Below, in pieces: positions 28,928 to 36,719 of a DNA stretch of 41,297 bases. Both the position numbers and the translations under genes were made by a program. The notes under the pieces were generated by a model. That model was not told where the DNA came from. It did no database searches and saw only the letters and a list, made by a program, of their open reading frames with translations. Origin of the DNA: an uncultured bacterium (GTDB lineage: Bacteria > SAR324 > NAC60-12); assembly GCA_964010765.1 (NCBI GenBank), contig CAXGMD010000021.1:1-41297 (forward strand), in the 5' to 3' direction. Position 1 is the first letter of the stretch. Each line of letters begins with the position of its first letter.

Positions 28928-29104
28928 ATGAAAAAAGGGTTTCTCCCCATAAAAAATAACTGGTTTGATAGGCTCTTTATTGCTGTTATCACTTTTATTG
29001 GAATTCAATTTCTTTGGATGCGATTTATAGAGGAATTTGCTGCTATTGAAGTTTCGATGATTTTGGGATGTATCCTAGGTATCTACATCATAATTAAAGG
29101 TTAA
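28928..29104 (+). CDS. Small integral membrane protein, DUF2160/GlpU-like (58 aa)
   Basis: Below the ORF-track cutoff. Reads MKKGFLPIKNNWFDRLFIAVITFIGIQFLWMRFIEEFAAIEVSMILGCILGIYIIIKG*, starting 3 nt after the permease stop. KGFLPI....DRLFI matches the DUF2160 pattern as I recall it; two TM segments. Confidence 0.8.
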   Translation: MKKGFLPIKNNWFDRLFIAVITFIGIQFLWMRFIEEFAAIEVSMILGCILGIYIIIKG

Positions 29105-29294
29105 CTGATTTCATTGTAATTTTGATTTGGCTTTGAATTTGAGTCTAATTCCAGAAATTTTGCCACCTTTTAGCAAATTTTCATTTCTGCCTTCCTTGCT
29201 TCATAATTCCTGAATACTATTCAAATACAATTACTGTAAATTTCTGCACGAGATCAGAATCCCTAATTTTTCACAAAATTTATTGGATAACACT

Positions 29295-29558
29295 ATGAAA
29301 TATTCTAAGTCATTTGAACGCACGTACGTTGATTGAGACGAAGCCTACGCTGACGCATTCGATCCGGTTGGTAAACTTATCTATCGCTCTAATCCAAATT
29401 GCCTGACAACTCTCTTTACCAAAGGAATTTGTTATTTAGCAAATTCCACTGATCAAAAGGAAAAAGCTGTGTTTTTAATCGCCTCAGAGCGACTTTGCAG
29501 AACAACAGGAAAATTGCTGAACGTGTAGGATGCCCCCATGAAGAATTTTTTCGCTTAA
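29295..29558 (+). pseudogene. Collapsed remnant of a bifunctional rhamnulose-1-phosphate aldolase/short-chain dehydrogenase gene
   Basis: From ATG 29295: MKYSKSFERTYVD*DEAYADAFDPVGKLIYRSN...DQKEKAVFLIASERLCRTTGKLLNV*, then HEEFFR in a shifted frame. These resemble the family N-terminus (WD.......DPV..L.YRSN) and C-terminus (DQAEA.F.L.S.RL..TTG...NVDGG.HEAFLR) as recalled. Confidence 0.65.
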
Positions 29559-29690
29559 GGTGTTTACTCCACTGGTAGTGTTACATGAACAACTCGGAAT
29601 TTAGTCACTTACAAATCCAGAAAGGTTTAGAATGATCTTTCTGTTCACTGAGAAATATTTAAAAAACTAACATATTGAAAATTGTAAAGT

Positions 29691-31013
29691 ATGGATAACT
29701 GGACAGAATTAATTGACGATTTGGTTGCTGGTAGATGGATAAATCCCGAGACACAGGATTTTGCGTCAGTACCATTTGAATCGATCGTAATCAGAGAGAA
29801 CATGGAAGGACAAGAGGTTGAACTCCTCAAGCAAGTTGGCTTGAGCAAAAATTTATTGCTCGTCTGCGATGTGACCACCTATAAAGTTCTTGGAAAAAGA
29901 ATAGAAAACGCTTTCAGTTCATCAGGTGAAATGCAGGTAATGATTCTTGATCATCCTCATGCTGACCTGGGTTTTGTTGAGAACTTAAGGCCAAAATTGA
30001 GCTCCTTTGACGGTGTTGTTGCCTGTGGTTCAGGAACAGTGAATGACATTTGTAAACATTCAACAATGCTGAATGAGCAGCGTTATGCGGTCTTTGCAAC
30101 CTCCGGTTCAATGAATGGCTATACTTCTGCTACAGCTTCGATGCGTTTAGATTCGGGACTGAAAATCTCATTACCATCACATGCTCCAGCTGGTTTTTTT
30201 GTAGATCTAAGTGTGTCAGCTTCTGCACCACCCTACCTTGCAGCCTCTGGTTTTGGAGATTGTTTATGTCGGTCTGTAGCCCAAGTTGACTGGTGGCTTT
30301 CTCACCGTTTATTGGGAACGCTCTACCTCCAATCTCCTTACATTATTCAAGAGCAAGATGAGCCTGAACTGAATTCGCGTGCTGGAAAACTTCCAAAGGG
30401 GGATATTGAAGCCATGGGGTACCTCCACCGAGTTCTCACACTTGGGGGCTTGGGGGTTTCATTCTCCGGTGTTTCCAACGCAGGCTCAATGGGCGAACAC
30501 CAGATTTCTCATTACATAGATTGCTTCGCAGGAGACAGGCATCCAGGAACCTTGCATGGTCAACAGGTTGGGGTGGCTTCTCTGACGATGGCCAGACTTC
30601 AAAGGAAGTTACTCAGTTTCGATAAACCACCAACGCTGAAGAAAACCATCATTGATTTGCCGGATATGGAAAGGCGTATGGGCAAAGAAATAGCCAAGCA
30701 ATGTAGAGATGAGTTTGCCAAGAAGTCTTTTGAAGGTGCGTCTCTGGAGCAGGCTAATCAGAGATTGCAGGAAATATGGAAAAAGCTGAAAGAGGAAGTG
30801 CAGCCTTTTTTGATTTCAGTCGATGAAATGGAAGAGATGCTGAAGTCCTCGGGCGGACCAGTCAACCATATGGAGCTTGGAGTAGATGCGGACCTGTATC
30901 GCGATGCGATTGTCCATTGTCGAGAGATGCGGAACCGCTTCTCTTTCCTAGATATTGCTGCTGATGCTGGATTATTAGAAGATTTCGCCTCAGAGGAAAT
31001 GAATTGCGCCTGA
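29691..31013 (+). CDS. sn-glycerol-1-phosphate dehydrogenase-like protein (AraM/EgsA family)
   Basis: GSGTVNDICKH, SMNGYTS, SGFGD, SMGEHQISHY and LHGQQVGV metal-binding His motifs. Confidence 0.82.
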   Translation: MDNWTELIDDLVAGRWINPETQDFASVPFESIVIRENMEGQEVELLKQVGLSKNLLLVCDVTTYKVLGKRIENAFSSSGEMQVMILDHPHADLGFVENLRPKLSSFDGVVACGSGTVNDICKHSTMLNEQRYAVFATSGSMNGYTSATASMRLDSGLKISLPSHAPAGFFVDLSVSASAPPYLAASGFGDCLCRSVAQVDWWLSHRLLGTLYLQSPYIIQEQDEPELNSRAGKLPKGDIEAMGYLHRVLTLGGLGVSFSGVSNAGSMGEHQISHYIDCFAGDRHPGTLHGQQVGVASLTMARLQRKLLSFDKPPTLKKTIIDLPDMERRMGKEIAKQCRDEFAKKSFEGASLEQANQRLQEIWKKLKEEVQPFLISVDEMEEMLKSSGGPVNHMELGVDADLYRDAIVHCREMRNRFSFLDIAADAGLLEDFASEEMNCA

Positions 31014-31801
31014 TCAATCATATTCCATCAGAAGTTTGTCAAAATCTTCGGGGAGTTTTCTTCGACATTGATGACACTGTGACCACTGATGGTCGCTTAG
31101 AAGGAGCAGCATACATTGCTATTGAAATGCTTCAACAAGCTGGCTTAGTCACCATACCCATCACAGGTAGACCAGCTGGCTGGTGTGATATGATTGCACG
31201 GTTCTGGCCAGTTGATGGAGTTGTGGGAGAAAATGGGGCGTTCTATTTTGCTTATGATCGAAAGGCTGCGAAGATGCGCAGATGTTATGTTAGGAGTGAA
31301 GCGCAACGTCTCGAAGACCAGACAAAACTCTCCATACTCAAAAAGGAAATTCTCCAAAAGGTTTCTGGTTCAGCAATCAGTGCAGATCAGACCTACCGGG
31401 AAGCAGATTTGGCGGTAGACTTTTGTGAAGATGTAGCTCCTCTTCCAAACGAAGCTGTAATGAAGATTAAAAAAATATTTGAAGACGCTGGTGCTGTTGC
31501 CAAAATCTCATCAATTCACGTCAACGGTTGGTTTGGGGATTATGACAAGCTCTCGACCTGCCAGTGGTTCGTGAATTCACAATTGGGTTTTCAATTGAGC
31601 GAACAACGAGAGAAGTTTATTTATATTGGTGATAGCCCGAATGACGAACCCATGTTTCAGTATTTCCCAAATGCTGTTGGCGTGGCCAATGTGCAAAATT
31701 TTAAAGATCAACTTCGACACCCGCCAACGTGGGTGACCCGCCAAGAAAGCGGAGCTGGATTTGTGGAGCTAGTTGACCATCTGTTGAAAAATAGAATTTA
31801 G
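31004..31801 (+). CDS. HAD-superfamily subfamily IIB hydrolase
   Basis: FDIDDTVT, ITGR, GENG, SSIHVN..FG.YDK, IGDSPND, VGVAN; TTG start overlaps the upstream gene by 10 nt. Confidence 0.88.
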   Translation: MRLINHIPSEVCQNLRGVFFDIDDTVTTDGRLEGAAYIAIEMLQQAGLVTIPITGRPAGWCDMIARFWPVDGVVGENGAFYFAYDRKAAKMRRCYVRSEAQRLEDQTKLSILKKEILQKVSGSAISADQTYREADLAVDFCEDVAPLPNEAVMKIKKIFEDAGAVAKISSIHVNGWFGDYDKLSTCQWFVNSQLGFQLSEQREKFIYIGDSPNDEPMFQYFPNAVGVANVQNFKDQLRHPPTWVTRQESGAGFVELVDHLLKNRI

Positions 31802-31841
31802 TCATTTTGAAAAATGCTTTTTTTAAAATTTTAATCCTCCA

Positions 31842-31860
31842 TGACTCAAACACTGAGTCA
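31842..31860. promoter_or_regulatory. Inverted repeat upstream of the FucA-like aldolase
   Basis: TGACTCA-AACAC-TGAGTCA, perfect 7-bp arms. Confidence 0.35.
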
Positions 31861-31895
31861 AGAATCAATTAACCCCAATTTGGAGCACCATTTCC

Positions 31896-32555
31896 ATGAC
31901 CAAGGCTGAAAAAGAATTACGACAAGCAATCATTGACAAGTGTCTTTGGATGAACGCATCAGGACTCAACCAAGGGACTTCTGGGAATATATCTGCTAGA
32001 TACAAGAACCAGATGTTGATCACCCCAAGCGGGATCCCCTACGAGCAATTGAAACCCGAATTGATTGCTTCCATGCCCTTAGAGGGAGAATACGGAAGTT
32101 GGGAAGGGCCACTTAAGCCTTCTACGGAATGGCGTTTTCACTTGGACATCATCAAGTCACGTCCACAAGTCAATGGGGTTGTTCACACTCACTCAACCTA
32201 TGCGACCACGATTGCAATCACAGGTCGGGGAATACCAGCCTGCCACTACATGATTGCAGCTGCAGGTGGACCAACGATCCGTTGTGCTCCCTATGCTCGA
32301 TACGGTACTGAAGCGCTGTCCCAATATGCTTTGGAGGCTTTGGAGGACAGAAATTGCTGCTTACTTGCGAATCATGGGATGATTGCAACCGGAACTTCCT
32401 TGGACAAAGCAATGTGGCTTGCAGTTGAACTGGAGACCATCTCGAAGCAGTATTACCACAGCCTTTTGATTGGTGGGCCCAACATTCTGACAGATGCTCA
32501 GATTGATGAAACTATGAAAGGTTTCTCCACTTACGGACTTCAGGATCCAAAATAA
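31896..32555 (+). CDS. Class II aldolase, L-fuculose-1-phosphate aldolase-like (FucA/Ald2/DrdA group)
   Basis: GTSGNIS, ITPSG, PSTEWRFH, VHTHS, HYMI, LLANHG; GGAG RBS. Confidence 0.88.
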   Translation: MTKAEKELRQAIIDKCLWMNASGLNQGTSGNISARYKNQMLITPSGIPYEQLKPELIASMPLEGEYGSWEGPLKPSTEWRFHLDIIKSRPQVNGVVHTHSTYATTIAITGRGIPACHYMIAAAGGPTIRCAPYARYGTEALSQYALEALEDRNCCLLANHGMIATGTSLDKAMWLAVELETISKQYYHSLLIGGPNILTDAQIDETMKGFSTYGLQDPK

Positions 32556-32574
32556 TTTTCATCCTCCCCCGAGC

Positions 32575-32632
32575 AAGCGCAACAAAAAAATTTGTTCTTA
32601 ATCGAAGAACTACGTAAAAATTTGTTGCGCTT
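32575..32632. repeat. Nested inverted repeat between the aldolase and MFS genes
   Basis: AAGCGCAACAAA (32575-86) pairs with TTTGTTGCGCTT (32621-32); inner GTTCTT/AAGAAC stem. Confidence 0.6.
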
Positions 32633-32671
32633 ATCCTTCTCAATATTCCTCACTCAAGAACATAAAAAACT

Positions 32672-33838
32672 TTGAATAATTCTGCGGTGTCTTTCCGCAA
32701 GGCACGCCTCGCTATTTCGTTTATTTTCTTCACAAACGGGATGGGGTTTGCCTCCATTGCACCCCACCTGCCTTGGTTCCAAAATAAGTTCCAGCTTACT
32801 GAATCAGAAATGGGGTTGATGCTGTTGTGCCATGCCATCGGCGCAGTCACGATGATGCTTGTTGCTGGGAGGATGATCCACTCATTCGGCAGCCGCCTTC
32901 CGGTGATTGTGGGAGGGTGTCTGTTGATTTTATTGCTTCCTTTAGTTTTTTGGTTAGATCAGATTCCGATCATCATCCTCGTTCTGATCATTGCTGGAGC
33001 TGGGATCGGAACTATGGATGTAGCAATGAACGCTCAAGCTGTGATCGTGGAAAATGGATTGGGAAAGCCCATCATGTCATCCTTCCATGGACTCTGGAGC
33101 CTGGGAGCAATGACCGGAGGGGCGACAGCAACCTTTGCCCTGACTATGGGTTTTACACCTCTTCAACACGTAGCATTCTCCTCTTTCATTTTGACAATGA
33201 TCCTTGGGGCTTCATCCCTCTCGATGATTCCCTCCAGTCAGGAAGAAAAAGGTGAAAAAACTCCATTACTGGTGAGACCCTCTGGGAAAGTTCTTTCGCT
33301 TGGTCTTTTGTGTTTGCTAGGAATGGTTTCAGAGGGTACTGCTGTGGACTGGTCAGCAATCTATTCAAGCTCAGTCTTGAATGCCTCGCCAAGCCAAGCC
33401 GCTCTGACCTTCACTATATTTACGATGACCATGATGATTGGCAGACTGACTGGTGATTGGGTGATCCTGAAACTCGGTAGGGTTCAACTCGTCAGGTACA
33501 CTGCAGCGCTTGGTGCAGTTGGGTTGGGTTTGGGGTTGATGTGGGGAACAACGTTTTCAGCCTGGCTCGGTTTTGCTTGCTTGGGGTTTGGCTTGGCAAA
33601 CATTGTCCCGATCATGTTTGGGGAGGCGAGCCGTATTCCAGGTGTCTCTGCTGGGACTGGGATCGCTGGAGTTGCTACTTTGGGTTACTGCGGGTTTTTA
33701 TTAGGACCACCGATGATTGGATTTTTGGCCGAATTGATTGGGCTGCAAGGGGCTTTGGGGTTGATCGTTGTTTTTTGTGTTATCCTCGGAATCTTTGGCC
33801 CAGGAATGCTCGATCAAAACAAGGCAACAAAAAACTAA
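32672..33838 (+). CDS. MFS transporter (YbjJ-like)
   Basis: About 12 TM; MDVAMNAQA, IMSSFHGLWSLG, EG...DWS..Y, GRLTGD, GLANIVP, GPPMIG; TTG start. Confidence 0.88.
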   Translation: MNNSAVSFRKARLAISFIFFTNGMGFASIAPHLPWFQNKFQLTESEMGLMLLCHAIGAVTMMLVAGRMIHSFGSRLPVIVGGCLLILLLPLVFWLDQIPIIILVLIIAGAGIGTMDVAMNAQAVIVENGLGKPIMSSFHGLWSLGAMTGGATATFALTMGFTPLQHVAFSSFILTMILGASSLSMIPSSQEEKGEKTPLLVRPSGKVLSLGLLCLLGMVSEGTAVDWSAIYSSSVLNASPSQAALTFTIFTMTMMIGRLTGDWVILKLGRVQLVRYTAALGAVGLGLGLMWGTTFSAWLGFACLGFGLANIVPIMFGEASRIPGVSAGTGIAGVATLGYCGFLLGPPMIGFLAELIGLQGALGLIVVFCVILGIFGPGMLDQNKATKN

Positions 33839-33855
33839 AGTGAAATCCTTGCCTG

Positions 33856-34605
33856 CTAAGCATTTTGAAGATCTTGTTCGGTACCAACAGTCTGGATGTC
33901 ATTAATTTTGCGAAGAATGTGATGCCTGAGTGCATCCACGCAGGCTTCCAAATTTCTGCCCCGCAAGACTTCCAACAATGAGACATGTCGATTGGCATGT
34001 TCGCTCAGTTCATTTTTGGTATGTGGGTAAAGCACATGCTCCAAGGACCAAATGAAATTAGAGGCTCCTGAAAGCTTCCAACTTCGGCTGAGAATCCGGT
34101 TTTGTGCAGCATCCATCATCAACGTATGAAATTCCATATCGAGTTCGATATCTGAGACAGGGTCCAGTTCATCAGCGGCGGCAAACATAGATTGAATCAA
34201 GCGTTCGAGATGATCACAGTGCCTCTGCCAATCTCTGGAATTCATCCTCTCCAATGCCTGTTTAAGTGCCAATTCCTCCAAAGCAACTCGAACATGAAGG
34301 CCATCCTGAAGCTCCTCAGTGTCAAAGCTAGCGATATAGGTCCCATTTTTCGGATGGACTTCAATGAAGCCGTGAAGTTCCAGAGTACGAATGGCTTCAC
34401 GTACGGGAGTTCGGCTGACCCCCAACTGTTCACTCAATTCAACTTCCGAGATCTTATCGGAAGCCTTTAATTTTCCGGTGATAATTGCGTTTCTGATCGA
34501 AGTGAGAACCTGATCTCTGAGGCTAGAACGATCAATTTTTTCTAGAGGTCGGATGTTGCTCAATGGAGAACTACTTTCTGAGCTTTCAGTCTTTCCAAGA
34601 TTCAT
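33856..34605 (-). CDS. GntR-family (FadR/FCD) transcriptional regulator
   Basis: SEVELSEQLGVSRTPVREA HTH; FCD motifs R.ALE, DMEFH, AQN and H. Start is ATG 34605 or GTG 34620; both overlap the upstream gene end. Confidence 0.92.
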   Translation of the reverse strand: MNLGKTESSESSSPLSNIRPLEKIDRSSLRDQVLTSIRNAIITGKLKASDKISEVELSEQLGVSRTPVREAIRTLELHGFIEVHPKNGTYIASFDTEELQDGLHVRVALEELALKQALERMNSRDWQRHCDHLERLIQSMFAAADELDPVSDIELDMEFHTLMMDAAQNRILSRSWKLSGASNFIWSLEHVLYPHTKNELSEHANRHVSLLEVLRGRNLEACVDALRHHILRKINDIQTVGTEQDLQNA

Positions 34606-35785
34606 CACTCGGGGCACCACGATTCAGCAGTTTGCAGGAGTAAACAGCTTCCGGATCAAAGGGGAATGCTGCTTCAACTTCAGGAGTGATTTCAATCCCA
34701 ATTCCTGGTGTAGTTGGACAAATGATGTGTCCCTTCTCGATTCGTAAACTATCAGCGAGCAATACATCGCCAAGATGAAAAGCCAACATTGGGTACTCAA
34801 CCAACTTGCCTCCCAGCCCAAATGCCGCATGGTAATTGGCCATCATTGCGACAGGCCCTCCCCAAGCATGAACCACTGCCGCCGTTTTTGTTTCCTCCGA
34901 TGCTGCAAAAATCTCTTCCAACGCAGAAAAACCACCAATCACAGAAGCATCAGGCTGAACAAATTCGTACACATGATCTCTCATTCGGCTGATCATGTCC
35001 CATGGCGTGGTAATGATTTCTCCTCCACAAACTGGAACACGAGTCTTTTTTCTCAATTTTTTGAATCCTTCGGTATCATGTGGCCCAATTGCTTCCTCAA
35101 CAAAGGCCATCTCCTGTCCTGAAAGATTCTGAGATTGTTCAATGAACCGAACGACATCGTTGACGGCTTGAGGAGGATTTGCCAGATTTTGGCACATGTC
35201 TACTCCTACCTTCATTCCTCTGTTGTTTGCCTCCTTTAAGACCCAAGCAGTTCGATGAATATCAGTTTTGACCGAACGTATTTTAAAGAGATCAATGCCT
35301 AATTTTGAGAGCATGTCCATCTCTTCGGTGAAATGCTCTTTGGTATCACAGATGCCCCCACTCCCATAAGCTCTTATACTTCTGTCGGGAAAATCTGTAA
35401 AAAGCTGCCAAGCGGGCACACCCATACTTTTTGATTGGCCATCTACCAACGCGATTTCGAAAGCACTGATCACATGTCGTGCAGCTCCTTGCAGAGACCA
35501 ATAATCGCAGATTCTACACAAGTCACGAACTCGCTCCTTGCGGTCATATGCATCCGTACCTACCAGATAGGGTCTGCACAAGTCCACAATGGCTCTGAAA
35601 ACTTCGGGAGCAAACACAGCGAGGTAACCTTCCCCAACCCCCTTCACTCCATTGTCCAGAGTAATCTCCACCATGCCCACCGTGCGTTTGGGACCATTCG
35701 GAAAACACTCAAGAATTTCGGGATGATCTGCATGGGCGTAAGGAGAACTCAATAATAAGGTTCTTATTTGACTGATCAATGGCAT
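34586..35785 (-). CDS. Enolase-superfamily enzyme, mandelate racemase subgroup (acid-sugar dehydratase-like)
   Basis: GVGEG, SAFEIALVD, AYGSGG, FKIR, metal ligands in VDM/VEE/GGE, QPD, VHAW, P..PGIG. Start moved to ATG 35785, 1 nt after the upstream stop. Confidence 0.88.
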   Translation of the reverse strand: MPLISQIRTLLLSSPYAHADHPEILECFPNGPKRTVGMVEITLDNGVKGVGEGYLAVFAPEVFRAIVDLCRPYLVGTDAYDRKERVRDLCRICDYWSLQGAARHVISAFEIALVDGQSKSMGVPAWQLFTDFPDRSIRAYGSGGICDTKEHFTEEMDMLSKLGIDLFKIRSVKTDIHRTAWVLKEANNRGMKVGVDMCQNLANPPQAVNDVVRFIEQSQNLSGQEMAFVEEAIGPHDTEGFKKLRKKTRVPVCGGEIITTPWDMISRMRDHVYEFVQPDASVIGGFSALEEIFAASEETKTAAVVHAWGGPVAMMANYHAAFGLGGKLVEYPMLAFHLGDVLLADSLRIEKGHIICPTTPGIGIEITPEVEAAFPFDPEAVYSCKLLNRGAPSDESWKD

Positions 35786-35786
35786 C

Positions 35787-36719
35787 TCAGTACCCCTTAC
35801 TAAGGTCAATTTCGTTAATCAACTCTTCTCCTTTTCGGAGTCGCTGAAGATTATTATCGAAGAAATCCAATTTTCTGTCAGTTTCTTGGGGCATTCCTCC
35901 AGAAGTATGTTGAGTCAGAAGAAGATTAGGGGTAGTCCAAAGTGGATCATTCTCACCTAAAGGCTCATCATCGGTGACATCTAGCACAGCTCCAGCCAGC
36001 TGTTCTGTTTCCAGCATCTGGATCATCGCTGGTGTATCGACGATGTTGCTGCGACCAAAATTCAAAAAAATTGCGTGTTTGGGTAGTAAAGCTAGGCGCA
36101 GTCCATTCAGAATATTGTTGGTCTGGGGAGTGGCGGGAACGCTACTAACTAGGATGTCTGCTTGTTTCAGTGCTTGCTCTAATTCAGCTGTGTTGAAGTC
36201 CCTACCAAAAATAGAAATCTCACAATGAAAGGGTGCCAAGTAAGCAAGCAGCTGCTGATGGATGGCACCTCTACCGATGAGAACAACCTTTCTTCCCATC
36301 AATGTTCTCAGTGATTCACGCAAGTCATCCCCGGCCCATTCCCTCTTCGTTTGCATCACTGCGAGTTGATTCAACTGGCGATAAAGCGAAAAAATCCCAC
36401 CCAAGATAGATTCAGCGACAGGGACTCCGAAGAAACCCTTAAGATTGGTGATCTTTAGATTCTTTTGATGAATAAGTTCTGCATGTGGCAAGTACTCTCC
36501 AAACCCCACTGATATCAATTGAATCCACTTCAATTGATCCACATGTTTCAGCCACTCCGCTGGAGGATTCCCAAAGCAAATAGAGGAGTCGATAAAATCC
36601 ACAGGAGGATTAGTCTCGTTTTCATTTCCTCGGAAAAAACTGGCTTGCTCCACCCCTTGAATTCTTAGCAATCGTTCTTGCTGTTGCTCATCAAGCTTTT
36701 GATAAGAGTAAACTTTCAT
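35787..36719 (-). CDS. D-2-hydroxyacid dehydrogenase family protein
   Basis: LKWIQLISVG, PVAE, variant Rossmann GRGAIH, NFGR, LDVTDDEP, PLW, TQHTSG. Confidence 0.85.
   Translation of the reverse strand: MKVYSYQKLDEQQQERLLRIQGVEQASFFRGNENETNPPVDFIDSSICFGNPPAEWLKHVDQLKWIQLISVGFGEYLPHAELIHQKNLKITNLKGFFGVPVAESILGGIFSLYRQLNQLAVMQTKREWAGDDLRESLRTLMGRKVVLIGRGAIHQQLLAYLAPFHCEISIFGRDFNTAELEQALKQADILVSSVPATPQTNNILNGLRLALLPKHAIFLNFGRSNIVDTPAMIQMLETEQLAGAVLDVTDDEPLGENDPLWTTPNLLLTQHTSGGMPQETDRKLDFFDNNLQRLRKGEELINEIDLSKGY

Noticed and set aside
29334..29336. In-frame TGA as selenocysteine or Trp recoding
   Set aside because: TGA is a normal stop in neighbouring genes, and the remnant also has a TAG, a frameshift and a large deletion; decay is the simpler reading.
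29691..31013. G1PDH as evidence of archaeal-type ether lipid synthesis
   Set aside because: No GGGP synthase or DGGGP synthase in the window (the UbiA protein has MenA motifs), and the context is catabolic.
31896..32555. Ald2/DrdA of the DHAP shunt for MTA or 5'-deoxyadenosine salvage
   Set aside because: Same family, but no MtnK/MtnP or MtnA isomerase gene nearby; no gene symbol assigned.
5160..35809. Long N-terminal extensions in the ORF track (5160, 9561, 9786, 14506, 22674, 35809)
   Set aside because: Downstream starts have better RBSs, remove overlaps or expose signal peptides; the extensions are artefacts of longest-ORF calling.
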